A DNA stretch of 64,000 nt from Candidatus Rokuibacteriota bacterium (GCA_003220315.1 QHSA01000133.1:14843-78842); one strand, 5' to 3'; counted from the first letter of the stretch, positions 9,345 through 18,399 are shown. Numbers and translations are program-made. The notes: a model not told the origin generated them from the sequence alone.

Positions 9345-10505
9345 CTACTCCGACTTGAGCCAGTCGGTGAGCTGCTTGAAGCGGCCCCGCTCCACACGCA
9401 CCCAGACCGCCTGCTTTTGGGTCTCGTGGTCCGGGCCGATGGTGAGCGGCGGCAGGATCCCGCTCTCCCAGCGCTTGACGGACTGGAGGGCGGCGATCAA
9501 CGACTCGCGGGTCAGCCGGGCCCCCGCGCGCGTGGCGCCCTCCGCGAAGAGCATCGCGGCGAAGTAGCCCGCGAGGGAATACCGGTTGGGCTCGTTCCGC
9601 GGGAAGTAGTTCTGCATGTGCTCGCGGTAACGCCGCACGCCTGGCAGGTCCGAGGTGAGCGGGTCGGGCCAGAGCGACAGCCCCTCGACACCCTCGGCAG
9701 CGTCGCCGGCGAGCGAGAGATACCGCTCGTCGGTGAGCGGGCCGGTGGACACCATGAGCGTGTCGGTCCAGCCGATCTTCTGCCGCTCCCTGAGCGCCTG
9801 CGCGCCCGGGCCGGGTACGAGGACCAGGAAGGTCACCTCGGGCTTCGCGGTGTGGAGCTTGGCGATCTGGGCGCTCACGTCGGTGACGCCGCGCTTCACC
9901 GATTCGACCGCGAGCAGCCTGAGGCCGTGGCGCGCCAGGTCCTTCTCGAAGGCCGTGAGGAACGACTTGCCGTACTCGTCGTCCTGGTAAAGCGCGGCGA
10001 ACTTCCTGTACTTTCGCCGACCCACCAGATAGTCGATCATCATCCGTGACGAGCGGTCGCTCATCGTCATGCCCTGGAAGACCCAGTGCCGGCCGCGCGT
10101 GACGGTCGAGCTCTGGTACGGGAACAGGAGCGGGACACGGTTCTGCTCGAGGTACTCGAGCGTCGCCACGACCGGTGGGGCGCCCTGCGGGATGATGACC
10201 GCGAACACCTGGTCCTGCTCGACGAGCTTGCGTGTGTTTGCCACCGCGTCCTGCGGCTTGTAACCGTCGTCGTACCAGATCGTCCGCACCTTCCGGCCGT
10301 GGATGCCCCCGCCGTCGTTGACGGCCTTGAAGCCGAGATCCACCCCGAACTTCGTGATCTGCTCGCCCGTGAAGGCCAGCGGGCCCGAGAACGAGTTCGA
10401 GCCGCCGAGCAGGATCTCGGTGTCGGTGACGCCCTGCTCGGCGCGCGCCGGCGCCGCGACCATCACGACGAGGGCGAGCAGCGGAAGGAGCCATCCGGAT
10501 CTCAT
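9345..10505 (-). CDS. Branched-chain amino acid ABC transporter substrate-binding protein (paralog 2)
   Basis: Start ATG 10505 (MRSGWLLPLLALVVMVAAPARA), overlapped (ATGA) by the stop of the R1 mini-ORF; the ORF-track N-terminal extension is repeat-derived. Confidence 0.9.
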   Translation of the reverse strand: MRSGWLLPLLALVVMVAAPARAEQGVTDTEILLGGSNSFSGPLAFTGEQITKFGVDLGFKAVNDGGGIHGRKVRTIWYDDGYKPQDAVANTRKLVEQDQVFAVIIPQGAPPVVATLEYLEQNRVPLLFPYQSSTVTRGRHWVFQGMTMSDRSSRMMIDYLVGRRKYRKFAALYQDDEYGKSFLTAFEKDLARHGLRLLAVESVKRGVTDVSAQIAKLHTAKPEVTFLVLVPGPGAQALRERQKIGWTDTLMVSTGPLTDERYLSLAGDAAEGVEGLSLWPDPLTSDLPGVRRYREHMQNYFPRNEPNRYSLAGYFAAMLFAEGATRAGARLTRESLIAALQSVKRWESGILPPLTIGPDHETQKQAVWVRVERGRFKQLTDWLKSE

Positions 10506-10740
10506 GGTCGTTCTCCTTGTAGCGGGGTCCGCGAGCCCGGCGCCATCGGTGGGTGGCCTGAGACCAGGCGCGCCCCGGCTCCGGTCCCCCTGCCGCCGCT
10601 CATTCCAGTCCACGCCGCGAGCCCGGCGCCATCGGTGGGTGGCCTGAGACCAGGCGCGCCCCGGCTCCGGTCCCCCTGCCGCCGCTCATTCCAGTCCACG
10701 CCGCGAGCCCGGCGCCATCGGTGGGTGGCCTGCCCACCGT
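10502..10740 (-). repeat. R1-family tandem repeat (86-bp unit x ~2.35) forming chained mini-ORFs between livM and the SBP gene
   Basis: Units 10531-10616 and 10617-10702, plus a partial unit 10703-10732 that lies inside the livM 3' coding end. The livM TGA (10686-10688) overlaps ATG 10689 of a 28-codon mini-ORF (MSGGRGTGAGARLVSGHPPMAPGSRRGLE). Its TGA overlaps ATG 10603 of a 33-codon mini-ORF whose TGA (10502-10504) overlaps the SBP ATG 10505. Confidence 0.8.
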
Positions 10741-11651
10741 GTGCGGAGCCGCCGCACGGCACTCGCGATGCCGCCCGGCATGAACAGCATCGAGGCGATC
10801 AGGATCGCGCCAAAGATCAATGGGCGGTAGTTCTGGAAGCCCGCGAGGGAGTCGTTCAGGACCGTGAGCACCGCCGCGCCGGCCACCGAGCCAGGGACCG
10901 ATCCGAGGCCGCCGAGGATGATCATCGCCACGAAGTCCACCGACAGGAACACGTCGAAGGCGTCGGGCGAGAGGAAGCCGACGACGAAGGCGAAGAGCCC
11001 GCCGGCGACGCCCGTGTAGAGCGCCGAGATCGCGAACGCGAGCGTCTTGTACCGCGCCACGTGGATCCCGCTCGCCTGCGCCGCGACCTCGCTCTCGCGG
11101 AGCGCGAGGAGCGCGCGCCCGGTCCGCGTCCGCGCGAGGTTTCCGGCGGCCCACACCATCACCGCGCCCACCGCGAGGACCAGATAGTAGCGCGCCGTGT
11201 CGGTCGCGAGCACCCACGGCCCGAGGCGCGCGGCTGGGACCCGGAGCCCGTCGTTGCCGCGCGTGAGCCCGTCGAGGTTCAGGATCGCCTCGACGACGAC
11301 GAACCCGAAGGCGAGCGTCGCCATCGCGAGATAGAGGCCCTCGAGCCTGAGGCACGGCACCCCGAGCAGGAGTCCGACCGCCGCGGTGACGAGCGCCGCC
11401 GCGAGGAGCGCCACGACGACCGGGACGCCGGGCGAGCGCGTGGCCACGATCGCGGCGGTGTACGCGCCCACTGCGAGGAACCCCGCGTGGCCGAACGAGA
11501 GCTGGTTCGTGTACCCGGAGAGGAGGTTGAGCCCGATCGCCACGATCGCGTTGACGACGATGAGGCTCGCCAGGAAGACGAAGTAGCGCGGCGCCGCCCA
11601 CGGCCAGAGGAGCAGTCCCGCCGCGCCGATCGCCAGCGCGAGGAGCCGCAT
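10686..11651 (-). CDS. livM: Branched-chain amino acid ABC transporter permease LivM
   Basis: Start ATG 11651 (MRLLALAIGAAGLL) overlaps the TGA of livH (ATGA); LivM-type TM profile; the last ~18 codons are encoded by R1 repeat sequence. Confidence 0.85.
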   Translation of the reverse strand: MRLLALAIGAAGLLLWPWAAPRYFVFLASLIVVNAIVAIGLNLLSGYTNQLSFGHAGFLAVGAYTAAIVATRSPGVPVVVALLAAALVTAAVGLLLGVPCLRLEGLYLAMATLAFGFVVVEAILNLDGLTRGNDGLRVPAARLGPWVLATDTARYYLVLAVGAVMVWAAGNLARTRTGRALLALRESEVAAQASGIHVARYKTLAFAISALYTGVAGGLFAFVVGFLSPDAFDVFLSVDFVAMIILGGLGSVPGSVAGAAVLTVLNDSLAGFQNYRPLIFGAILIASMLFMPGGIASAVRRLRTRWAGHPPMAPGSRRGLE

Positions 11652-12529
11652 CAGACCTTCCGCCGCGCCACCCGACCGAGCATGCCGCCCGGACGGATCA
11701 GGAGGATCGCGATCAGCGCGAGGAAGGGCACCGAGTGCTTGATCGACGACGGGAGGTAGAGCGGCGCGAGGTTCTCGATCACGCCGAGCAGCATGCCGCC
11801 GACGACGGCGCCGGGCATCGAGCCAAAGCCGCCCAGGACCGCCGCGATGAAGCCGTTGATCGCGACGAGGCCCATCTGCGAGGAGAGGAAGACCACCGGA
11901 GCGATCAGGACGCCGGCGATCGCGCCGACGACCGATGCCAGGATCCACGACGCCGCGTAGACCCGCTCGACGCTGATCCCCACGAGCCGCGCCGCGCGCT
12001 GGTTCTGAGCGACCGCGCGCATCGCTCGGCCGAGCCGGGTGCGCGTGAAGAGCGCCCAGAGGCCGAGCATGAGCGCGAGCGAGGCGCCGATGATCCCGAG
12101 CGACACGGGTGCCACGCGCACGGGGCCCAGGACGATGGGGCGGGTCCCGAAGAACGACGGGAACGGGAACTCGTCGTGCGTCCACGCGAGGCCGGCCGCC
12201 GAGCGCAGCACGAGCGACAGGCCGAGGGTGATGATCAGCACGTCGAAGTGCGTCGCCCCGATCGCGTGGCGGATGATCACACGCTCGATCACCCACCCGA
12301 GGAGCGCCGCCGCGGCGACCGCGATCAACATCACGACCACCAGGGGCAGCTTCACGTGCGCGTAGACCGTGAAGCCCGCGAAGGTCGAGACCATCAGCAT
12401 CTCGCCCTGCGCAAAGTTCAGCGTGCGCGTCGCGTTGTAGACGATGACGAGGCTCAGCGCCACGAGCGCGTAGATCGAGCCGGTCGCCAGCCCGCTCACG
12501 ACGACGTGGACGAGCGCTGCGATTGTCAC
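11651..12529 (-). CDS. livH: Branched-chain amino acid ABC transporter permease LivH
   Basis: GTG 12529 (VTIAALVHVVVSGLATGSIYALVALSLVIVYNATRTLNFAQGE) overlaps the upstream TGA (GTGA); typical LivH. Confidence 0.85.
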   Translation of the reverse strand: MTIAALVHVVVSGLATGSIYALVALSLVIVYNATRTLNFAQGEMLMVSTFAGFTVYAHVKLPLVVVMLIAVAAAALLGWVIERVIIRHAIGATHFDVLIITLGLSLVLRSAAGLAWTHDEFPFPSFFGTRPIVLGPVRVAPVSLGIIGASLALMLGLWALFTRTRLGRAMRAVAQNQRAARLVGISVERVYAASWILASVVGAIAGVLIAPVVFLSSQMGLVAINGFIAAVLGGFGSMPGAVVGGMLLGVIENLAPLYLPSSIKHSVPFLALIAILLIRPGGMLGRVARRKV

Positions 12530-13014
12530 CGGACGCGCGCGACGAAGCGGCAGGCCGGCGCGCCGGTCGCCGCGCAGGCCGTCTCGGTGGCGACGGCGGG
12601 CGCGCCGAGCGCCACCTCGGCGAGCCGCTCGAGGACGCCGCGCGTGAGGTGACACACCGGCGTCACGGCGGCGCCGTACGCCCGGGCGAACGGCGAGTTC
12701 CGTACGCTGACCACCAGCTCGTCCGACCCGAGGCGCTCGAGCGCGAACGCGCCCCAGCCGATCTCGCCGCCCATCGCCAGGAGTCGCGCGACGATCTCCT
12801 CCGCCGCGCCCTCGAGAGCCTGGAGCGCCGTGCCGCCGCCCGCCCGGCCGCCCGCGGCGAGGCACGCCGCGGCGCGCTCGCCCAGCACCGCCTCGACCGC
12901 CTTCTGCAGCGCGACGAGCGTCTCGGGGCGCACGAGGAGATAGCACGACCCCTGGTAGGTGAGGCCGCCCGCGCCATCGGCCTCCACCCTCGACGGCACG
13001 CGGTCGGCGGTCAC
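12526..13014 (-). CDS. V4R (4-vinyl reductase) domain protein
   Basis: 162 aa from GTG 13014 (GTGA overlap with upstream gene); C-terminal region resembles the V4R small-molecule binding domain; start is uncertain. Confidence 0.55.
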   Translation of the reverse strand: MTADRVPSRVEADGAGGLTYQGSCYLLVRPETLVALQKAVEAVLGERAAACLAAGGRAGGGTALQALEGAAEEIVARLLAMGGEIGWGAFALERLGSDELVVSVRNSPFARAYGAAVTPVCHLTRGVLERLAEVALGAPAVATETACAATGAPACRFVARVR

Positions 13015-14120
13015 TGGATCGCCTTCCGCCACATCGGCGAGGCCCACCCGTCCCGGAGGAACGCAAGAATCTCGCGCCGGCTCAGGTCGCCGAGCCCCAG
13101 GTGCTCGAGCGCGCGGCCGCGGCCCGAGAGCTCGCGCCCGAGCAGCGCGCCGTACACGAGAAGGAGCCCCGTGATCGCGGGCGTCACCGCGCCCGCCGCC
13201 CGCGCGGCCGACTCGAGGAGCGCCAACCCGAGAACCGCGTCCTCGGTGACGTAGCGGTGCTCGAACGTGACGATCTCGCTCCAGAGGCCGCTCGCCACGA
13301 GTTTCGTCTTCGCCCCGGCGCCGTAGAGCCCCTCGGCCGCCCGCGTCTCGTCGTAGTACGTCGCGAGCTCGTAGTGGGGCGCCGCGTAGCCCCAGCCCCG
13401 GCGAGTCGCGACCCGCTCGGCGTCCACGGCGTCGATGAGCCGGCGCACGCTCGGCGTCGTGCCAGCCGCGTGGACGTCGAAGCTGCCACCGTCGATCGCG
13501 CCGGTATTCAGGAGAACGAGCGGGGGGTGGATCACGGGCCCGGCGTTGGTGAGCGCGACATCGAGGGAGTCCGCGCACGGGCGGACGGCCGGGAAGAGCT
13601 CGGCGAGCCGCGGCAAGACGCGCGGGCCCCGCGACGCGGGAAACACGCCGATCGGCAGGTTGGCGGCGCGCAGGGGCGCCTTGACGACCGCGGGCGCCGT
13701 CTTCCGCGTGAGATAGGGCAGCGTCCCGGTCTCGGCGAGGGCGAGCGGTAAGGGGCCGCCGGCGCGCGCAATCCCCCGCGCCATCGCGTAGCTACCGAGC
13801 GTTCCCGGTGTGAGCAGGATGATCTGTCGGTCGTTGAGACACGGCGCCAGGCGCTTGGCGAGCTCCTCGTGGCTCGTCGCGGGTAGCGGGACGATCAGGA
13901 CCTCCGCGCCCTCGACCGCCTCGCCGAGGTCGGTCGTGGCGCGCTCGAGCTGCGCCGTCCCGTGCCGCCCCTCGGCGTCGAGCGTGATCGTCGCGCGCTC
14001 CACGAGCGGGCCGAGCGCGTCCGCCGAGCGGCTCCAGAGCCTGACGCGGTGGCCGGCCAGCGCGAGATCGGCCGCCGTCGCGAAGCCACCATTGCCCGCG
14101 CCCAGGACTGCTAGCTTCAC
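13011..14120 (-). CDS. NAD/NADP-dependent octopine/nopaline (opine) dehydrogenase family oxidoreductase
   Basis: GTG 14120 gives MKLAVLGAGNGGFATAADLALAGHRV, a classic Rossmann N-terminus of the opine dehydrogenase family. The GTG is overlapped by the TGA of the R2 mini-ORF. Confidence 0.7.
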   Translation of the reverse strand: MKLAVLGAGNGGFATAADLALAGHRVRLWSRSADALGPLVERATITLDAEGRHGTAQLERATTDLGEAVEGAEVLIVPLPATSHEELAKRLAPCLNDRQIILLTPGTLGSYAMARGIARAGGPLPLALAETGTLPYLTRKTAPAVVKAPLRAANLPIGVFPASRGPRVLPRLAELFPAVRPCADSLDVALTNAGPVIHPPLVLLNTGAIDGGSFDVHAAGTTPSVRRLIDAVDAERVATRRGWGYAAPHYELATYYDETRAAEGLYGAGAKTKLVASGLWSEIVTFEHRYVTEDAVLGLALLESAARAAGAVTPAITGLLLVYGALLGRELSGRGRALEHLGLGDLSRREILAFLRDGWASPMWRKAIQ

Positions 14121-14228
14121 AGACTCGCCTCGCCTGTGGCTGCGGCTCGCACTGCCACGACGTTCATAAGCTCGCCTCGCACGGCGGGGCCCCAGCCCCA
14201 CGACGTGCTGCGGCTCGCACTGCCATCA
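14117..14228 (-). repeat. R2-family element forming two chained mini-ORFs (20 and 16 codons)
   Basis: The CoA-transferase TGA (14226-14228) overlaps ATG 14226 (TGATG). Mini-ORF1 MAVRAAARRGAGAPPCEASL ends with TGA 14164-14166 overlapping ATG 14167 of mini-ORF2 MNVVAVRAAATGEASL. Its TGA 14117-14119 overlaps the GTG 14120 of the next gene. Confidence 0.7.
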
Positions 14229-15419
14229 CGCCACGACTCCGGCGGCGCGCAGCTCGGCGATCCGCGCGGCGGAGTATTCGAGGACACCGCCGAGCACGGC
14301 CTCGGTGTGCTCGCCGAGTGTGGGCGGCGGCGCCGTCTCGAGCCCCATCGCGCCGTCCACCTTGACCGGCGTGCCGAGCGCCGGGAGCTTGCCGTGGACC
14401 GGATGCGCCGTCTCGAGGACCATGCCGCGCTGGCGCACCTGGGGGTCGGCGAGGACGCGATCGACGGAGCGGATGGGCGCGCCGGGCACGCCCTCCGCCC
14501 CGAGCCGCGCGAGCCAGTCGTCGGTCGTCCGCCGGCGGAAAGCGGCCTCGATCAGCGGGACCAGCACGCCACGGTTCGCGACGCGATCACGATTGGTCCC
14601 GAAGCGCAGGTCGCGCTCCCACTCCGGGTGCTCGACCACGCGGCAGAACCCCGACCAGAACTTCTCGGCGAAGACGGCGACGACCAGGTGACCATCACGC
14701 GTCGCGAGGGCCTGATAGGGGACGACCGAGGCGTGGCTCGAGCCGAGCGGCCCGGGGACGCGACCGTTCGTCCAGAAATACTGCGCAATATACGTGAGGA
14801 GCGAGACCTGGCAGTCGAGCAGCGACAGGTCGAGGTGGGCGCCCTCGCCAGTCCGCTCGCGACGGAAGAGCGCTCCGGCCACCGCAAACGCGCCGAAGAT
14901 CCCGCCCGTGAGGTCGCCCATCGGCAGGCCCATGCGCACCGGCGCCCTCCCCGGCTCGCCCGTGATGGACATCGCCCCGGCCATCGCCTGGAGCGCCAGG
15001 TCGAAGGCCGGCCAGTCGCGATACGGCCCCTCCTGGCCGTAGGCGGAGATCGAGCAGAGGATCACGCGCTGGTTGAGGGACCAGAGCTTGGAGTACGCGC
15101 AGCCGAGACGCTCCATCACGCCGGGGCGGAAGTTCTCCCAGACGACGTCGGCCCGACGGACGAGGTCGTAGAAGACCTCGCGCCCGGCATCCCTGGTGAG
15201 GTCGAGCGCGACGGACTTCTTGCTGCGGTTGATCGCGAGGAAGTACGCCGACTCGCCGTCGGCGAGGAACGGCGGACCCATGACCCGCATCGGGTCGCCG
15301 CCGTCGGGGTCCTCGATCTTGATCACCTCGGCGCCCATGTCGGCGAGCAGCATCGAGCCGTACGGCCCCGCGAGCATGCGGGAGAGGTCGAGCACGCGGA
15401 CGCCCGCGAAGAGCTTCAC
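14226..15419 (-). CDS. CoA-transferase family III (CaiB/BaiF-like)
   Basis: MKLFAGVRVLDLSRMLAGPYGSMLLADMGAEVIKIE, the canonical family III N-terminus. Confidence 0.9.
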   Translation of the reverse strand: MKLFAGVRVLDLSRMLAGPYGSMLLADMGAEVIKIEDPDGGDPMRVMGPPFLADGESAYFLAINRSKKSVALDLTRDAGREVFYDLVRRADVVWENFRPGVMERLGCAYSKLWSLNQRVILCSISAYGQEGPYRDWPAFDLALQAMAGAMSITGEPGRAPVRMGLPMGDLTGGIFGAFAVAGALFRRERTGEGAHLDLSLLDCQVSLLTYIAQYFWTNGRVPGPLGSSHASVVPYQALATRDGHLVVAVFAEKFWSGFCRVVEHPEWERDLRFGTNRDRVANRGVLVPLIEAAFRRRTTDDWLARLGAEGVPGAPIRSVDRVLADPQVRQRGMVLETAHPVHGKLPALGTPVKVDGAMGLETAPPPTLGEHTEAVLGGVLEYSAARIAELRAAGVVA

Positions 15420-15467
15420 GCTGTCTCCGCTTGACGTCGGCGTTGCAGGCCGATACCTTTACTTTCA

Positions 15468-15716
15468 ATGAGTATTGTAAAGCGCGTCCGCACGCGCGGC
15501 CGCACGCGGATCAGTGCGAAGAACCAGACGACGATCCCGGTCGCCGCGCTCAGGCGCGCCGGGCTCAAGCCCGGGGACGAGCTGCGGGTGGAGGCTGCCG
15601 GCGCGGGCCGCATCGTTCTCACCCGGGTCGAGGAGACGCTGGCCGGCTACGCCGGCCGCCTGACGGGAGTGTATCCAAAGGGATCCCTACAGAAATTGCG
15701 CCGCGAGTGGCGATAG
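15468..15716 (+). CDS. vapB: VapB/AbrB-MazE family antitoxin
   Basis: 82 aa; SpoVT/AbrB-like swapped-hairpin N-terminus (RISAKNQTTIPVAALRRAGLKPGDELRV); overlaps the downstream PIN gene. Confidence 0.8.
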   Translation: MSIVKRVRTRGRTRISAKNQTTIPVAALRRAGLKPGDELRVEAAGAGRIVLTRVEETLAGYAGRLTGVYPKGSLQKLRREWR

Positions 15717-16096
15717 TCGTCCTCGACGCGAGCATCGTCATCGCGTTCCTCGACGCGCGCGACCCGCACCACGCCGCCGCGGTCGCGGCCGTCGGCCAGT
15801 CCCGCCGGGAGGAGCTGGTCCTACCGTCGAGCGCGTACGCCGAGGTCCTCGTCGACCCCTGGCGCCGCGGACCCGACGCGGTCGCGGTCGTCAGGCGACT
15901 CGTGACCGACGTGGGCATCCGCATCGAACCGCTCAACGAGCAGATCGCCGAACGCGCCGCCAGGCTCCGGGCCCACCACCGCGCGCTCCGGCTTCCCGAC
16001 GCGCTCGTGCTTGCGACCGCGGATGCGCTCGACGCCACCGCCTTCACGTGCGACCGGTCGTGGCAGCGCCTGAGCCGTCGGGCCCGGGTCGTCTGA
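15707..16096 (+). CDS. vapC: VapC PIN-domain toxin
   Basis: GTG start overlapping vapB by 10 nt; IVVLDASIVIAFLD... PIN acidic residues (D, E, D) present. Confidence 0.8.
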   Translation: MAIVVLDASIVIAFLDARDPHHAAAVAAVGQSRREELVLPSSAYAEVLVDPWRRGPDAVAVVRRLVTDVGIRIEPLNEQIAERAARLRAHHRALRLPDALVLATADALDATAFTCDRSWQRLSRRARVV

Positions 16097-16106
16097 CCGG
16101 CCCCCA

Positions 16107-18392
16107 TCACCGGGCGTCCTTCGAGGCGACATGGCCGGCGAGCGCCGCGCGCACGCGGGCGGGCGTGATCGGCAGCTCGGTGAAGCGAACGCCGAGCGCG
16201 TCCTTCAGGGCGTTCGCGACCGCGGCGGCGACGGGGATGACGCCCGACTCGCCGAGCCCCTTGGCGCCGAACGGGCCCTCCGCGTCCACCGTCTCGATGA
16301 GGCGCACGACGATCTCGGGCATGTCGGCGGCCTTGAAAACCGCGTAGTCCATGAAGCTCTGCGTCAGGATCTGGCCCTCCTCGACGACCAGCTTCTCGGT
16401 GAGCGCGTAACCGAGCCCCATGTGGATGCCGCCGTGCACCTGACCTTCCGCGGCGCCGGGGTTGAGCGCGCGGCCGACGTCGTGCGCGGAGACGATCTTG
16501 CGCACCTCGATCTTGCCCGTCTCCGGCTCGACGTCGACGAGCACCGCCTGACACGCCGAGGCGTACGCGGCGGAGACGTTCCCCTGGAAGTCTTTGTCGA
16601 GCATCACCGTCGGCGGGTCGTAGAAGGCCTCGGCGACGAGCACGCGCCCTCCGTGCCTGAAGTGTCCCGCCCGCACCACCTGCTCGTACGGAAGCCGCCG
16701 GTGCGGCTCGCTCCGCACGAACACGACGCCGCCCGCGACGTCGAGCCGCTCCGCCGGCTCCTCGAGCTCCACGGCGGCGAACTCGAGGAGCTGCGCCTTC
16801 ACCTTCTCGGCGGCGAGTCGCGCGGCGTTGCCGGCGACGAACGTCGTCCGGCTCGCGTGCGTCCCCACGTCCCACGGCCGCACGCTCGTGTCGGAGTTGA
16901 CCACGTCCACGCGCTCGAGCGGGACGCCGAGCGTCTCGGCCACGATCATCGCGAGGACGGTCTCCGACCCCTGGCCGATCTCGCTCGCGCCGGTAAGCAG
17001 CGCGACCTTGCCGAAGTCGTCGAGCTTGACGATCGCGCCGCAGCCGTCGGAGCGGTAGATCCGCGCGCCACCACCGACGTGGAACATGCCCGCGTACCCG
17101 ACCCCGCGCTTCCAGCCGGGCCTGAGCGGCGGCGGGTCTCGCCGCATCTCCTCGGCGGCGGCGTCGATGCACTCGGTCATCGCGAACGACGTGAGCACGA
17201 AGCCCTGCGGGTTCACGTCGCCCGGCTTCGACGCGTTCCGGCGGCGCACGTCGAGCCGGTCCAGCCCGAGACGTTCGGCGAGGTCGTCCATCTGAGACTC
17301 CACGGCGAACGTGGACTCGGGGTTGCCGTAGCCGCGCATCGAGCCGGAGTACGGGTTGTTCGTGTACACGATCGTTGTATCGAAGCGGACGCTCGGGACG
17401 CGGTAGAGCCCGGCGACGGTCGCGAGCATCACGTACGGCGTCGTCGAGCCCCAGGAGGTGTACGCCCCGTTGTCGATCGTCACGTGCGCGTCGCGCGCGA
17501 GCAGCCGGCCGTCCCGGTCGGCCGCGGTGCGCAGCCGGATCGTGCAGGGCTCACGCCCGGGGCACGCGATGAATTCCTCCACGCGGTCGAACTCGATCTT
17601 CACCGGACGGCGGCAGTGGAGCGCCAGCAGCGCGGCGATGACGTCGATCGGGTACAGGTCGAGGCCGCGGCCGAAGTTGCCGCCCACGGGGGGCTGCAGC
17701 ACCCGCACGCGGTCACCGCCGATCCCGAGCGCCTCGCCGAGATCGCGCCGGTAGAGGAACGGCACCTGGGTCGTCGTCCACATCGTCAGGTTCCCGGCGG
17801 GGTCCCAGTCGGCGAGCGCGACCATCGTGCCCAGGCACGCCTGCGTGACGAAGGGGAGCCGGTAGGTGTCTTCGACGACCACCGCCGCCTCGGCGAGCGC
17901 GCGGTCCACGTCGCCGCGGCTGAACTGATAGCGCAATGTGTGCGCGTTCCTCCCGAGCTCCTCGTGCACGAGCGGCGCGCCCGGGACCAGCGCCACGCGC
18001 GGGTCGAACACCGCCGGGAGCTCCGCGTACTCGACGTCGATGAGCGCGAGCGCCGCCTCGGCGAGCTCGGGCGTCTCGGCGGCGACCGCGGCCACCTCGT
18101 CGCGGACCGAGCGCACCTTGCCCCGCTTGAGCGCGGTCTGGTCCTTGGCGACGCCGAACAGACGCGGCTCCACGTCGTCCCCGGTCAGCACGGCCAGGAC
18201 GCCGGGGAGCGCGCTCGCGCGGCGCGTGTCGACCCGGACGAGGCGCGCGTGCGGGTGCTGCGATCTCAGAATCTTGCCGTGGGCCAGGCGCGGCAGGACA
18301 AGGTCGTGGAGGTAACGCGTGCGGCCGGTGACCTTCTCCGCGCCGTCCCGCTTCGGGACCGTCGTGCCGATGACGTCGAAGGAGCGCGTCAT
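16107..18392 (-). CDS. Xanthine dehydrogenase/aldehyde oxidase family molybdopterin-binding subunit
   Basis: 761 aa; a/b hammerhead and MoCo-binding domains; no adjacent FeS or FAD subunit genes. Confidence 0.85.
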   Translation of the reverse strand: MTRSFDVIGTTVPKRDGAEKVTGRTRYLHDLVLPRLAHGKILRSQHPHARLVRVDTRRASALPGVLAVLTGDDVEPRLFGVAKDQTALKRGKVRSVRDEVAAVAAETPELAEAALALIDVEYAELPAVFDPRVALVPGAPLVHEELGRNAHTLRYQFSRGDVDRALAEAAVVVEDTYRLPFVTQACLGTMVALADWDPAGNLTMWTTTQVPFLYRRDLGEALGIGGDRVRVLQPPVGGNFGRGLDLYPIDVIAALLALHCRRPVKIEFDRVEEFIACPGREPCTIRLRTAADRDGRLLARDAHVTIDNGAYTSWGSTTPYVMLATVAGLYRVPSVRFDTTIVYTNNPYSGSMRGYGNPESTFAVESQMDDLAERLGLDRLDVRRRNASKPGDVNPQGFVLTSFAMTECIDAAAEEMRRDPPPLRPGWKRGVGYAGMFHVGGGARIYRSDGCGAIVKLDDFGKVALLTGASEIGQGSETVLAMIVAETLGVPLERVDVVNSDTSVRPWDVGTHASRTTFVAGNAARLAAEKVKAQLLEFAAVELEEPAERLDVAGGVVFVRSEPHRRLPYEQVVRAGHFRHGGRVLVAEAFYDPPTVMLDKDFQGNVSAAYASACQAVLVDVEPETGKIEVRKIVSAHDVGRALNPGAAEGQVHGGIHMGLGYALTEKLVVEEGQILTQSFMDYAVFKAADMPEIVVRLIETVDAEGPFGAKGLGESGVIPVAAAVANALKDALGVRFTELPITPARVRAALAGHVASKDAR

Positions 18393-18399
18393 GCTCGCG

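Noticed and set aside
10502-10762. 86-aa and 94-aa repeat-spanning ORFs (10502-10762, 27341-27625) as conventional protein-coding genes
   Set aside because: Their sequence is entirely repeat-derived, the length varies by whole repeat units between loci, and the composition is Gly/Arg/Pro low complexity. They are better explained as relay mini-ORFs or read-through of intergenic repeats than as conserved proteins.
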